IMG/VR virus record: IMGVR_UViG_3300027816_000069
Location: 32,001-96,000 of that record
Length of the DNA stretch: 64,000 bases
Reading direction: 5' to 3' (one strand)
DNA from: a virus
Shown: one piece after another, positions 28,044 to 41,199 of the stretch
Layout: every line of letters starts with the position of its first letter
Position numbering within the stretch: the stretch's first letter is position 1
The notes under the pieces: model-generated
What the model saw: only the letters and a program-made list of their open reading frames with translations
Told to the model about the DNA's origin: nothing
Databases searched by the model: none
Made by a program: the position numbers and the translations under genes

Positions 28044-28704
28044 AAACTATAGACTATCCTTCTGCTGCTATGGAGTGTGCCAGATATATTTTTGATAGTG
28101 ATTGTGAGCAGATTAGTTATCAAGAATATGTAAGAGATGGAAATGATCCAAGAGAACATATTCTATACTGTGCTGCTGTGGTTCTTGGCGAAACTGATGA
28201 TTTTCAACCCGATATTGACGATTACCTTCATATGGAGAATGATTGATGACTAAGGTTTATGATGTTAAGCAATATAATGGTAAGTTTGTTGTGACCAAGA
28301 ACGACGAACCCATTTTGCTGCCTAAAACCGATGGACAGTTTATTGTCACAGAGTTTGATAGTAAAGAAGATGCTGAGAAGTATTTAACTATTCTTGAAAG
28401 TCTTTTAAAGAAGCGAAAGGTTAGTCATGCCTAAATTTTTAGTTACTATGAATCTTGTTGAAGCAAAGACCACAACCTTTGTTATTGAAGCAAAGTCTAG
28501 TGATGATGTACATGATGCTTTGGGCGAACTAGAGGCTGATTATTTTGAGGAAAACTGTGAGTGGGTAACGGTAGATTATGAATCTCCCATTATTGAAAGT
28601 GTGGAAGTGACCAACAAGGGTCTTGGAGTTTGTGACGCTAAAGAGAATAAAAAGATTCAGACCAAATTTAATAAGATTATCAAAGAACTAGATAAAACAC
28701 AACA

Positions 28705-29463
28705 ATGATTCGCTCAAGATTACATCGCTGGACTTGTGGCAAAGTTGCTGACTTTATTCGTGGAGAAGAAAAGCCATTTCCTTTAGAGGGGGACGAATGG
28801 GATGATTGGCATAAGAATGCTAGGAAAAATCGTCCATTTAGATACTGGCTTGCAGAAAAGGGTTTAAAGAAACTGCAAAATATTTGCTACTTTCCATATG
28901 ATGTTTATCGTACAGTCTGGATTTATGTTCGTAACAGATGGATAGATCAAACTCATAAGATAGATACTGGATTAAAACCCGGTGGCTATTATGAATTTGA
29001 TACTAAACTATTGCATGGTCTTTTTAATGAATTGTGTGACTATGTTGAAGTAGAATTGGCCCACCTTAATTCTTATGACAATACAGCACAATATGTCTTT
29101 AAAAAGGGTCGCTGTCCACAAGCAGGACTAGACCATTTAGATTGGGCAGCAGAATTAACTATGGGCGAAAGTTTTAAGTTGGATAATGATGATCCCGACT
29201 ATAATAAGCCCACACCCCAAGCAGAATCGGCCGAAATTATTATAACATTATATTTGTGGTGGAAAAATATTCGACCACTACGATTTGACCCTCACCTATT
29301 ATATGACGCTGTAGATGATAATCAGATTTTTGGCCCAAATATTTTGCCAGCATCCACTAAGGAAATCTTTGACAAAGTTGAGGAAATGGAGCAGCAATAT
29401 AAGGAAGAAGATACGGATATGTTAATCTCTCTGGTTAAAGTTAGAGGCAGCGTATGGAGTTAA
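28705..29463 (+). CDS. conserved phage hypothetical protein
   Basis: 252-aa ORF; LLHGLFNEL.DYVEVE..LYLWWK. Confidence 0.8.
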   Translation: MIRSRLHRWTCGKVADFIRGEEKPFPLEGDEWDDWHKNARKNRPFRYWLAEKGLKKLQNICYFPYDVYRTVWIYVRNRWIDQTHKIDTGLKPGGYYEFDTKLLHGLFNELCDYVEVELAHLNSYDNTAQYVFKKGRCPQAGLDHLDWAAELTMGESFKLDNDDPDYNKPTPQAESAEIIITLYLWWKNIRPLRFDPHLLYDAVDDNQIFGPNILPASTKEIFDKVEEMEQQYKEEDTDMLISLVKVRGSVWS

Positions 29464-29618
29464 CTATGAAGGACAATTACTCATCTGCATCAGAAGCAGC
29501 ATCAGAAGGATACTCTGAACTAATTTATCACAATAAAAATAAAAACCTTAACCAATCACCCCCTAAAAAACTAAAGTGGTATGATTGGCTTTTACTATTA
29601 GTCTTTAGGAGATAACCA

Positions 29619-30918
29619 ATGTCTAAACAAATTTTTAATAGTTACGACGAAGCCCACAAGTATAGAATGAGTCACCCCATCCAGCAAGATTTGGATAACA
29701 TAAAGAGTATTGCTACGGCAATTAAAGATATGACTATTATGTTTGATCTTAGTTATAGCCAATCAGCAGTAAAGGAATTACTTGCTGATATTGATATGGG
29801 CATGAGAGCAATATTAGAGATTATTAATGGGTCTAGCGGAAAGAATAAATAATATGACAACGCAAAATATTCCAAATTGGAAAAAAGGAGACATAGTTGC
29901 TCTGCTACAGAATAGCGATAGAGTTATCCATATTTTTGAAGCAGAACATGATCCTTGGTATGGAAAATCCTTTTTTAGTTCAAAGGAAGATTGGTATTAT
30001 GGTTGCAGAAACTGCGAAGAATTAAGATTAGCCACTATGGAAGATATAGACCACAAAATAAAATACCAAAAAGAAAATGTAGAACGAGAAAAAGCAGTCT
30101 TAGATCAGTTACTTAATTTTAGGGGGCGTTTGTCACAATGAAAATACAAAATAAAACAGAGATAGACCTATCCGTAGAAGATGTGAAAGTCGCTATTGCC
30201 AAGTATCTTCAAGAGTCGCAAAATCTATCACTAAATAGTGAACTAATTATGCACTTTCATGTAATTAATAAACCAACTCAACACCCAATGTATATTTCTG
30301 ATACATTAGATAAGTTTGTTTTTGATGGTGCTACTGTTATAGCGTCAAAATGAATAAGATTTTTGACAATTATGACGAAGCCCACAAGTATAGTTTAACA
30401 ATACCTTGGAAACTAGAAACTTGTAATGTTGGAGAAGGTTGTTGGTGCAGAATTATTCTGCCGACAGAAAAGATACTTTATAAAAATAAGGTGGGAGATA
30501 CTGAAAGAGTTGATGAACTTGATTATATTATTCCAGATGGAAGCGTAGATAAAGAAACGGCTGAATATATGGTTACTATACATAATCAGTTAATAAACAT
30601 TTATAAGAATCAAAAGAAAAGATTAGAGACACTACAAAAATTGAATGATTTAGATCAAGAACTAGGAATAAAATAATGAGTTGGCAATATAGAGTAGTTA
30701 AAAAAACAACCAAGATTCCTCTTGGAGAAACTGATATTACTTATGAAATTCATGATGTATATCTTGATGAAAGTCTAGATATTGTGAGTATTGGTAGACT
30801 ATCATTTCCTATGGGTGATGATGTTGAGTCATTACAATGGAGCCTAGAAAGAATGATTGAGGCTTGTAAAAAGCCCGTCATCGACTATAATACTGGAGAA
30901 GAACAAGATCGGAATTAA
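29619..30918 (+). other. five small coupled hypothetical genes
   Basis: 29619-29852, 29827-30141, 30138-30353, 30350-30676, 30676-30918. Confidence 0.7.
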
Positions 30919-30920
30919 CC

Positions 30921-31029
30921 GACGCCACTGGGTTGATCGCCAGAGGGCAACGTCCTGTGCCTCTAGTTCCCGTATGATCCTGCTATATGCTGGTTCGCTA
31001 GGGTTCTAACGCACGATAATGGGGGCGTT
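30921..31029 (+). ncRNA. GC-rich multi-stem intergenic element
   Basis: closing GACGCC/GGCGTT with inner CTGG/CCAG and AGGGCA/TGCCTCT stems. Confidence 0.4.
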
Positions 31030-31049
31030 TTCAATACAAAGGAAAAAAT

Positions 31050-31340
31050 ATGGAAAATTTTGATTGGGATGCTTTTGTAGAGGAAAGTAAAAAATATAAA
31101 GCGTGTGCTTGTCTATGGATAGACGAAGAAAATGATAGAATAGAACTATTGTTGGATAGTTCTGCTGCTACTTATAGTCAATGGATACCGGGAGAAGGAG
31201 CAGATATTTGTTTGCTAAGATGCGATAAAAGTAGAAAAGTTATTGGAGTTAATCTTCCATTATATCAAACCGACTTTAGCGTATTTCATACTGATCGTAT
31301 AAGAGTTAAAATAAACGAAGGTTTCTTAAAAGAAGAATAA
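31050..31340 (+). CDS. hypothetical protein
   Basis: AAGGA RBS. Confidence 0.65.
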   Translation: MENFDWDAFVEESKKYKACACLWIDEENDRIELLLDSSAATYSQWIPGEGADICLLRCDKSRKVIGVNLPLYQTDFSVFHTDRIRVKINEGFLKEE

Positions 31341-31551
31341 TTATGATAGTTAACATACCAAAAGAATTAGAGAACCTAAACAGAAATGATATCGACAAAG
31401 TTTGTGAACTAGTAGATAAACTGGTCGATCATATTATGACAACTTATTATTTTACAGAAAAAGATGAGGAGGTTCTAGCCGCCCTAATTACAGACTATAT
31501 GATAGATTTGATTAATCCAGACTTACTAGATTTTGACAAGGAAAAAATAAA

Positions 31552-31974
31552 ATGAAAAAAGAAGTTGCTAAAAAGTGGGTTAAGGCTTTGCGTAGCGGAA
31601 AATATAAGCAAGGTAAAGGTTATCTAAAACAATTTAATAGTAAGAATCAACCAAGACATTGTTGTTTGGGTGTTCTTTGTGAGTTGTATAATGATACTAT
31701 GAAGAAAAATCATAAAAAAACATTGTTTGCTGAAGAAATGGAAGATAATGTATCAGGTACAAGTTTTGTTAGATTCGATCTAAAAGATGGGGGTCTACCA
31801 AAAGTGGTGAAAAAATGGGCTGGTATTAATGATGAGACAGGAGAATTTATTTGTAAGGTAAAGTATAAAAATTATGAATATGACGATAGTCAAAATCTGT
31901 CAGTCATGAATGATGATGGTAAAAAGTTTTCAACTATCGCTGATATTATAGAAAAAAATATAGAGAATCTATGA
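31552..31974 (+). CDS. conserved phage hypothetical protein
   Basis: WVKALRSGKYKQG..CCLGVLC..NDDG..FSTIAD. Confidence 0.8.
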   Translation: MKKEVAKKWVKALRSGKYKQGKGYLKQFNSKNQPRHCCLGVLCELYNDTMKKNHKKTLFAEEMEDNVSGTSFVRFDLKDGGLPKVVKKWAGINDETGEFICKVKYKNYEYDDSQNLSVMNDDGKKFSTIADIIEKNIENL

Positions 31975-32270
31975 AAGGTCCGTTAATTTACTACGAACTT
32001 AAAGATATGTACGGGACCAATTTGAGTGATTCTAAACTAGCCACTGAATTGCGTAAGAGCGTTCTAGAAGAAATTGATCTTGGATTTAATGTTGAGATTG
32101 ATTTTGATGGGGTAGATAGCATTAGTAAAAATTGGGCTAAAAACGCTTTTGGAACTATTGTGAAACAGAAGGGTGGCGATTTTTTCAAGAATCATATCTT
32201 ACTAACTAATCTTAATAAGAAGAATATGACGGTCATTCTGAAAGAAATTAAGGAGATACTGGAAGTTTAA
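31971..32270 (+). CDS. STAS-like (DUF4325-type) protein
   Basis: VEIDFDGVDSIS..WA..AFG. Confidence 0.55.
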   Translation: MKGPLIYYELKDMYGTNLSDSKLATELRKSVLEEIDLGFNVEIDFDGVDSISKNWAKNAFGTIVKQKGGDFFKNHILLTNLNKKNMTVILKEIKEILEV

Positions 32271-33637
32271 TGATAACAGGACAAACGCTCATAGATTTGG
32301 GATATAAACCATCGAAATGGTTTAAAAATGTTATTGATTATGCTAATGCTAATCAACTAGACAACAATGGTATCGTATCATATATTGAGTCTATTGTGCC
32401 TAAAACTATAGAACCCTATAATAATCCCATATCTTTTCATAAAAATATAGTTGCTAATAATAAGCAGGAACAGTCTAATATAGATAGTGTTTGTGCTGCA
32501 ATGAATAGTATATTAAGAATTCCTACTGCTGTTAATGCAGCAATTATGCCCGATGCCTGTCCTACTGGCAAGGGAGAAATTCCTGTTGGTGGAATAGTAG
32601 TCACAAAAAACGCTATTCATCCTAGTATGCACAGTGCTGATATTTGTTGTTCAGTAATGGCTACAGATTTAGGCTACGCTGACCCAAAGAGCGTATTAGA
32701 TGCTGCTTTTGAAACCACTCATTTTGGTATTGGCGGTCGAGATAGAGACAATCAATTAGTTAGATTGCCATCCGACCTTAAAGAAAAGATCATGAATAAT
32801 TACTATCTAAATAGTAATAAGAGTTTAAACTATGCTCATAGCCATCTTGGTACTCAAGGAGATGGAAATCATTTCTTGTTCGTGGGGAAAAGCAAGAGTA
32901 ATGGTCATACATATTTGGTGACTCATCATGGTAGCAGAGGGTTTGGGGCTAATCTTTATAAGGAAGGTATGTATAAGGCCCAAATGTTTCGTCAAGAAAT
33001 AGCACCCAATGTTGATCCTAAAAACGCATGGATTCCATATAATACAAAAGAGGGAAATGATTATTGGGAGGCTTTACAAATTGTAAGAGAGTGGACAAAA
33101 CTTAATCATGAGTCTCTGCATGATGCTATTAAGGTTAAAGTATCTAGATTTTTATATTCTGATAGATTTTGGAATGAGCATAATTTTGTCTTTAAGAAAG
33201 ACGATATTTTTTATCACGCAAAAGGCGCTACTCCAATGACCAATGATTTTGTTCCAGACTCAACAAGTGGACTCAGATTAGTTCCTCTTAATATGAGTGA
33301 GCCTATTTTGGTAATGAAAGAGTCACCCAACCTTACAGGATTGGGATTTGCCCCTCATGGAGCAGGCAGAGAATATAGCAGAACAGAGCATTGTAGAATT
33401 AAATTACAACATAAAAATGGCTATCAATTATTTGAAGAAGAAACACAGGGTCTTGACGTTAGGTTTTTTTCTGGTAAGATAGATATAAGCGAACTGCCAA
33501 GTGCTTACAAAAATGCCGACAAAATAAAAGAACAGATCAGACATTTTAATCTAGGCACTATAGTAGATGAAATAGAACCATACGGCTGTATAATGAGTGG
33601 TCATGCTGATAAGCCTTGGAGAAAAAAGAAATGTTAG
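32270..33637 (+). CDS. rtcB: RtcB-family RNA ligase
   Basis: MPDA, DICC, GTQGDGNHF, HHGSRG, HNF, KGA, HGAGR, E.PSAYK. Confidence 0.92.
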   Translation: MITGQTLIDLGYKPSKWFKNVIDYANANQLDNNGIVSYIESIVPKTIEPYNNPISFHKNIVANNKQEQSNIDSVCAAMNSILRIPTAVNAAIMPDACPTGKGEIPVGGIVVTKNAIHPSMHSADICCSVMATDLGYADPKSVLDAAFETTHFGIGGRDRDNQLVRLPSDLKEKIMNNYYLNSNKSLNYAHSHLGTQGDGNHFLFVGKSKSNGHTYLVTHHGSRGFGANLYKEGMYKAQMFRQEIAPNVDPKNAWIPYNTKEGNDYWEALQIVREWTKLNHESLHDAIKVKVSRFLYSDRFWNEHNFVFKKDDIFYHAKGATPMTNDFVPDSTSGLRLVPLNMSEPILVMKESPNLTGLGFAPHGAGREYSRTEHCRIKLQHKNGYQLFEEETQGLDVRFFSGKIDISELPSAYKNADKIKEQIRHFNLGTIVDEIEPYGCIMSGHADKPWRKKKC

Positions 33638-34802
33638 AGTTTATAGCGAGACTTTTCCTAAGCACAGTATTAGCGTGTGTAATATCTGTTGCGTGTTCTG
33701 TAGGTATAACATCGCTCTTATTTCATATTGTTCAGGTTTTTGATTTAAATCCCGGTCGTGATAATTATTGGGTGTTTAATGTAACTATAGTTTCACTAAT
33801 ATTTAGTTGGATAATTAGTTTTGGTTACTTGATGTGGCATTAAATCATGAGGATCATAAAATGATTACATTTGACGAATTTCTAAAAAAAGTAGACGATA
33901 CATTCTTGAATAATCACGCAGTAAGATCACGCGGAAAAATAAAAGCAGAAAATCAATGGAGATATGGTCAAACAGTAATTAATGTATTATACGATGTTTG
34001 GGGAGAAAAATGTAGGGAAATAACCAATACTCCCTTTGATTGTTTTTATAAAGATTCTGTGGTAAAATCTACGTTGGATAAACTAGAAAAGGAATGGATA
34101 GTATGAAAAAGAAAACTACAAAAAAGAAAAACAAACCAAAGAAACAAAAGATTGATGTTGTAATAGAATCATTAGTTCATCTTGAACAAAGGGTTAAGGA
34201 ACTAACTAAAAAGGTTGAACAACTACAATATTCTCAACCATATTATCCAAATCCCAATTACCAGTACCACAAAGTCCACCAAAATATTGGCCTAATACCG
34301 AACCCTCTTTTAAATATAAGATGTAACCTCACATTTGTTAGTTCTTATCAAGAAGCAGAACAAATAAAAAAAGAGCTAGTAAACCTTGGTGCTAATGAAA
34401 GCGATATTATTATAAAATTTGTATCGGGTCCAAACAAATATCTAGTACAAATGAATTCTACTTATTGCGATAATGAATTTCCTGAGCCATTAGACAAATT
34501 TTTGCATGATAATGAATGGGTTGCTTTTAGAAAAATTAAATACGATAAAGAAAAAAATGAATATTTGTAATGAATTAAAGAAAGTTCAAGAGATTACAGA
34601 TCCAAAAATTATAGCAGAAACAATCTGGATGGCAGATAGACCTCGTACTTGGTGGGAATGGTTTAGTTGGACATTTTATCGAAGGCTTAAATATTTTTAT
34701 TGTAGTTGTTTTCATTTAAAAAATCATCAAATAATTGCTTTTTATTCAAACTATACTCATAGATACAGATGTAATAAATGTGAAAGAGAATTTGATGAAT
34801 AA
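33631..34802 (+). other. four small hypothetical genes
   Basis: 33631-33843 (TM), 33861-34106, 34094-34570, 34557-34802. Confidence 0.6.
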
Positions 34803-35082
34803 ACTCACAATCGCTATAGATTATGACGATACATATACTGCTGATCCTCCATTTTGGAATAAGGTAATAGAATTAGCAAAAGATCATGGTCACGATATAA
34901 TTTGTATTACAGCACGAAGAAATATCTTAGAACATCGTCAAGAACTTATGAAACTTTTACCGGAAGGGATAGCAACTTATTTTTCTTATGATGAACCAAA
35001 AGCAGAGTTTATAAAAAGACAAAATATAGTGGTGGATATTTGGATAGATGATAGTCCCGGTTGGATTGTAGGAGTCACATAA
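34795..35082 (+). CDS. HAD-superfamily phosphatase
   Basis: IAIDYDDT, ITAR, WIDD motifs. Confidence 0.75.
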   Translation: MNKLTIAIDYDDTYTADPPFWNKVIELAKDHGHDIICITARRNILEHRQELMKLLPEGIATYFSYDEPKAEFIKRQNIVVDIWIDDSPGWIVGVT

Positions 35083-35083
35083 A

Positions 35084-36109
35084 ATGAGAAAACTAGCAAG
35101 CATACAAACAGTCAAGTATGTTAAACCCATACCAGATGCCGATAGTATAGAAACTGTGGGCGTTTTGGGCTGGGAAGTTGTAAGCAAGAAGGGTGAATTT
35201 CAAACCGGCGATACTTGTTTGTTTATAGAGATTGATAGTTTACTTCCAGAAATTCCAGAGTTTGAATTTCTTCGCAAGGTTTGTTGGAATGATAATCTAA
35301 AAAAGTATAGACTCAAAACAGTAAAATTGCGTAAACAACTATCTCAAGGATTAGCATTACCCACAAGTGTCTTTCCTATACTAGCAGGATTAACCGCTGG
35401 GGCTGATGTTACTGATCTATTAGGTATTGAGAAATATGAACCCCCAATTCCTGCACAGATAGTGGGAGATGCAAGAAGTTTTAGTTGGCCTATAAGTAAG
35501 ACTGATGAAACGCGAGTACAATTAGATGATGAGTATGGATTTATCGAAAGATTAACCGGACAACCATACTATATCAGTTTGAAATTAGATGGAACTTCTA
35601 GTACATTTTTAATTGATCCTAAAGATGAAACTTTTCATGTTTGTGGAAGAAATTATAGTTACAAAAGAAATGATACTCATACCTTCTGGAAGATAGCACA
35701 AAGATATAATATTGAGCAGAAGTTGAGGTATTTTTGGGATAAGGGCAATAATAGAATAGCAATACAAGGCGAAATCGTAGGGCCAGGAATTCAGAAAAAT
35801 CCTCTTGGACTTAGCGTTCCAGATTTATACATATTTAATGTTATTGATATAGCCGATAATACTAGATTTTCTTTAGGTATGTCTATGTTTATTGTTCAAG
35901 AACTTGGTCTGAAATTTGTACCAATAGTTGACAAAGGCTCAAGTTTCGCTTATACTAAGACCGATCTACTAGAGATGGCGAAGGGCAAATATAAAACCCA
36001 CTTCTCTTCTGCTAAAGACTCTCAGAATCGTGAGGGAATAGTAATTCGTAGCATTTGCGGAGAGATTAGTTTTAAGGCTATAAATAATGACTTCTTACTG
36101 AAAGAGTAA
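35084..36109 (+). CDS. ATP-dependent RNA ligase (Rnl2/DRB0094 family)
   Basis: MRKLASIQ, SQGL, KTDETRVQ, KLDGTS, QGEI.G.GIQ.N, EGIV, SFKAINN.FL. Confidence 0.92.
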   Translation: MRKLASIQTVKYVKPIPDADSIETVGVLGWEVVSKKGEFQTGDTCLFIEIDSLLPEIPEFEFLRKVCWNDNLKKYRLKTVKLRKQLSQGLALPTSVFPILAGLTAGADVTDLLGIEKYEPPIPAQIVGDARSFSWPISKTDETRVQLDDEYGFIERLTGQPYYISLKLDGTSSTFLIDPKDETFHVCGRNYSYKRNDTHTFWKIAQRYNIEQKLRYFWDKGNNRIAIQGEIVGPGIQKNPLGLSVPDLYIFNVIDIADNTRFSLGMSMFIVQELGLKFVPIVDKGSSFAYTKTDLLEMAKGKYKTHFSSAKDSQNREGIVIRSICGEISFKAINNDFLLKE

Positions 36110-36110
36110 A

Positions 36111-36939
36111 ATGATTGATTTAAAGTGGTTTCATCCGTTCAATTTCGTATTGTATAAAAGACCCAAAATTGATGCTGCTTGGGAACCTAGTGACGACTTA
36201 TATCAGTGGGGCTTTAGTCTTGACTTGACCACCGAGATTTATTACTATACATACGATTGGGGAGTTGGTTTTAATTTCCGGTTGCTAGGATTTGGATTTG
36301 AAATAACAAAGGTGGGAGTATAAGATGAAAACCTGTCATGGTCCTCAGCCTGTTTTTCTTATATTCTTAATGATATTAGGAGTATCAGTAGCAGTCCCAT
36401 TACTATCCATACAATTTGATAGTATAGATCCTCAAAAAATATATGTTGTTATTGATGTTACCGACAGTAACGGAAAAACTTATAGAAACTTAACAAGATC
36501 GGGTGTGGGTAATTTTATAGACTATCATCGAAACTCTTATAAATTCCATGGAAATTTTACAGAAATAACAAGAAAAGTTTCTGGAGAACAATTTTTAAAA
36601 GAAGTTCAACAGCCAGAAAAGTCTGACAATTTAGAAAGATAAAAAATGAATATACTAATTAGCGTACTAGGAATAGTGAATATCTTATTAGGAGTGGCCA
36701 GCATACCCCCATGTTTAATGGCCGGATTAATGGTTTTTGATGCTCCTGGCTCAACAGAAAGCATAACACATCATATAGTATCTTTTTTGTTCTTGACTTT
36801 CCCGCTAATTTGTTTAATTTGTGGAATAACAGTTTTGTGGAGTAGTAATTGGTGGTCAATTTATCTAGCCTTATTTCCTATAAGTGAGGCATCTTTAGTT
36901 ATATTTATATTTTGGGTATTTTCAGGTACTTCAATATGA
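36111..36939 (+). other. three small hypothetical/membrane genes
   Basis: 36111-36323, 36325-36642, 36646-36939. Confidence 0.6.
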
Positions 36940-37087
36940 AACTAACCAATCAAGATTTAGATATACTAAGAGAATTACTAGAGGATAAACTCAAGAAAAT
37001 AAATAACGGGCCAGAAGGAATTGAAATTCATCAGCGACCAGAAGTTTATATTAACATCATCAAGAAGATAGATGGTCTATATTTCTC

Positions 37088-37663
37088 ATGATATATTTTA
37101 GTGCGGATCAGCATTTGGGGCATGGACGAATTATACAATATTGTAATCGTCCATTTAATGATGTTCACGAAATGAACAAGACTATTCTTGACAATATAAA
37201 CGAAGTTGTCAAGAGTGATGATACTCTATATATACTGGGGGATTTTTGTTTTAAAGGCAAAAAGTCATTAGATTACAGATTACGAATAAATTGTCTAGAT
37301 GTTCACTTAATATTAGGTAATCATGATCGAAGAAAAGATTTTTATCCAGACGAACAGACTGTGGATATGCAGGGATTTACTTCAGTACAAGAAGTAAAAG
37401 AGATAACATATTGTAATCAAAGAATATATCTTAGCCATTATGCCCATAGAACTTGGCCCGCTAGTCATAAAGGATCGTGGATGCTTTATGGACATACCCA
37501 CTCTAAATTAGATCATGAGGATAGAACATCCAACAAATTAACTCTTGATATTGGTGTGGATAATTGTGCTAATTATGGCAAACCCTTTGGTCAACCGTTT
37601 AGTTTTAAGGAAATACAACAACTATTTAATCAGAAAATGAGGATGTTAAATGAGCGACTATGA
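37088..37663 (+). CDS. calcineurin-like metallophosphoesterase
   Basis: D.HLGH, LGD, GNHD, GHTH. Confidence 0.9.
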   Translation: MIYFSADQHLGHGRIIQYCNRPFNDVHEMNKTILDNINEVVKSDDTLYILGDFCFKGKKSLDYRLRINCLDVHLILGNHDRRKDFYPDEQTVDMQGFTSVQEVKEITYCNQRIYLSHYAHRTWPASHKGSWMLYGHTHSKLDHEDRTSNKLTLDIGVDNCANYGKPFGQPFSFKEIQQLFNQKMRMLNERL

Positions 37664-40600
37664 CTATTTAAGTAGAGCTGAATTAATTGAAAAAATTATC
37701 ACATTAAAACAAATTATTAGTGTTAAAAATAAAGAACAAGAAGAATATGAAAAATGCGTAGCCAGAGTAAATCCTCCAATACAAAAGAAAGTTGAAGAGC
37801 AAGATATTAAATTAAGCGATGCGTTTAAGTCTGATCTTAATAGTTTCCAGAGGATCAAAGAGTTAGAACGAACTATTGAAAAACAAAATGCAATTATCTC
37901 TATGGCTGCTGGTTATATTTCTGCTTCTAAAAGATTTAGTAGTAGTCATCCTATGGATGTTATGAAATGGTTAATGGGAGGTATGTAATGAAATATATTT
38001 ATTCACTAATACTATTACTTGTTCCTCTTGGTCAACACTATACTTTAGAACCAAATACTCCAGTATGGTTTTGCATACCGGATGAACTTGGTTGGACAAG
38101 AGGAAATGTGGTACATCTATGGGGCTATTATCCTATGGTGAGTAGCGATAAGGGATTAAAAGATTTTAAAGATATTAACTGGGAGATAGGATATGAGTAA
38201 ATATAAGATCTGTAAATTCGTTAATGGCAATAACAAAGAATGGTATCAGATACAAAAAAAAGGATGGTTGTTTTGGAGTTATTTATGTACATATGAATGG
38301 TTTAGGAATGTAGAAGTACCTCCTTTAAGAAAAATATTAACATTTGAATCCATAGAAAAAGCATCAGAACACATTGAAATGATTAAGAACATTAAAAGAA
38401 GTAATATCATTAAGAAAGTAGAGTGTATTGATTATGAACCTAAATGATAAATTATACTATTGGGTAGCAATATTTGCATCTATTGGTTCAGTCTTGTGTT
38501 GGTTTGTTTTAAACCCTATTCATAAAGCAAATCTACAAAAAATAAACAAACCTCCACTATTAACCTGTATCTATTGCAAAGGTACTGGAGAAAGAATTGA
38601 AGATGTAAATAAACTCATGTTTATGGCAAAGATACAACTTTATTTTAATAAACATATGGTGGTTGACAAATGCGAAAAGTGTGTTAAACTACCCAACGGT
38701 GAATATGATTATTGCGACGAAGTAAAAGAAAAATATGATAGTTTTTTCAAAGACTACGAAAAAGAAGGATCAAAATTTGAGAAAACAATGTGCGGAAAAT
38801 GTATGGGGGCTGGTCAATTTCAAATATTAAGTAAAAACCCCAAAACAAATAAATGGTACACTCAAGAAGATTATGAAGAAGATGAACGAGCAAAAATTAG
38901 GGTATTACAAGAACGCAATAACAAACAATTAACTAAGGAGAAAAAACATGACAACAACAAAGATGAATAATCTAACAAAAGAACAAAAGTTTGTAATCTT
39001 CTGGCTTTATAATAGAGTGGCCCAACAGATTCCATCCAACCCTATTGATTTTGGAGACAATGATATTATTGTTAATGGAATTAATGTAACGGAAATGGTT
39101 AGAGACTTACTACAGGATAGATTGTTTGTATGAATCAAATGAATAACTTTGTAGAGCATATAAAAAATCTTAAATCTTTCTTATTAAAGCAAGAAGATCG
39201 TGAAAGACAAACAGGAAGATCAACTAGAATTATAAATCAAGCAAAACATCAAAGATCGACCGTAGTGTGTGCTAACTATAGACAAAAATTGGAATTTGAA
39301 CATTTGGGGATTGAGACTATAACTCTAGAACAATACCACAAAGAAAAATGCGGATCATCAAAAACTTATTTATTTGATCACCTTACGATCTACTACATAA
39401 TGGATAAGCACTATTCTCAACTGATTGAGGAATACGGAAATTAAAAGATAAAAACCGTGAATGTAAAATTACAGGAGTTTAAGTTTATTCTTATGTTCTT
39501 GGTCCTTCTCGACAGCATTATTTTGACAGTCTTGACAAAGAACTAGACGCTGTGGTACAATGGCACAAGGACGAAATGAATACACACTACAATGAATATG
39601 GAGAGCCAGTATGAAAGACCGATTTGATCTTGAAACTGAAATAACTTTTCTATATAACTTTTCTACTAATCTTAGAACTATTAGTGAAGGAGTTCTTGAG
39701 CATAATTTAAGTCACGATGAAATTGTTAATGCTCTTGAAGGAGTAGCAGTTATGCTAGATTTGCAAGTTAATAAATTAAGTGATACTATGGCTCAGTGTT
39801 TTAAACTGGATCAATATTATGAGGGTAAGAATGAATTCTAAACTACAAAGTGATATTGAAAATTTTATTCATAGTGTTGGACAATATATTTTAATGGAGT
39901 ATGAAAACTTTTACTCTCTATTTCAGCAGTCAGATATGTTCGATTTTATCGGTAGTTATTATTTGGGTGGTAGTAATGTGCCAGATACAGCAAGGTGTGT
40001 TATTGAACTAATCCTTATGAATCATAGAGCAAACAATGATTAAGCACTTTCCAATTACAAATACAGACAAAGTTATTGAGCATTATTCACAACGGGATGG
40101 TGTTCCTATTAGTTATGTGTGTACCACAGACTTAAAGTGGCATGATTCTCCAGAAGATATTTTTTATAGAGCAACTCCCCATCCACAATTTGGTAATAAA
40201 TATTTTGCCCTAAGAGCAACTGATGATGGTTTTTATATATCTAATGCTGATAAGGTTGAGGATTTTACTTTTGGGTGTGTGAAAGATGATGATGGTAATC
40301 TACAGTATAGTCGATCTAGGCATGAATATAAAGCATTTAATAACGGCCATATGATTGATGGTGGCAGACACTATATTAGACATAGTGGTGATATTGACGT
40401 TTATGTTGTGCGTAATGGTCAAATGGTAAAAGAGAGTAGTAATGGAACCTAATCTAGAATATGATTTGCTAAAAACCGATTGGATTGTACAGAAGTGTAG
40501 GGGTAGTACAGTTTACAGTCAAAATTTATACGCCGCACTATGCAATAACGATTTTTACTATGGCGATGATGGGTGGGGTTGTTCGTGGAGAATGAGCGGT

Positions 40601-41199
40601 GGAATAGTAGCAGATATACGAGATTGTGGGGAAACTTATATTGATTGGTATTGTTCTGGTATGAGTAATAAGGATGGTTTTGTGGGCGAAAGTTTTATAA
40701 CAGATGAAATTAGACTAGATTTACTCAAAATTGGTTGGACTATTAAAGAGGAAAAAAATGCCCAAAGTAACGATAACCTTTGATTTACCAGAAGAACAGT
40801 CTGAATTTGATTGTGCTATTAATGCTGGTAAGTTTAAAAATGCAGTATGGAATTTTGAACAACAACTACGATCTTTTTATAAATATCATCACGATTTTAA
40901 AACCGCCCACGATGCTGTTCAAGGAATTAGAGCCTGTTTTTATCAGTGTTTGAAGGAACACAATGTATCAACAGACTGAAGTGGTATGATATAGAATGAA
41001 ATTTCTAGAATTTCTAAATCTAGTTGATAGAACATACCATCTATTTAATTGGAGGTATGGACAAAGTTTAATGAATGTGCTATACTCAGTTAGTCCCAGT
41101 AAGTACGACAATTTGGTTGCTGCTGGTGAAGATTGCTACTATGATGATAGTAAGGTTCACCAAGTTATATCTAAGTTAGAAAACGAATGGAAAAATTAG
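37650..41199 (+). other. tiled block of ~12 small hypothetical genes
   Basis: includes 38434-38970 (TM + CxxCxGxG zinc finger), 40036-40452, 40442-40783, 40996-41199. Confidence 0.7.

Larger units (their letters stand above)
21845..28708 (+). other. dense tiled block of ~30 small hypothetical phage genes
   Basis: co-oriented 40-113 aa ORFs with ATGA/TAATG coupling, e.g. 22938-23228, 24098-24334, 25279-25515, 27127-27354, 28427-28708. Confidence 0.75.

Noticed and set aside
39130-39444. Terminase call from RQTGRST
   Set aside because: Only 104 aa, degenerate Walker A and no nuclease domain
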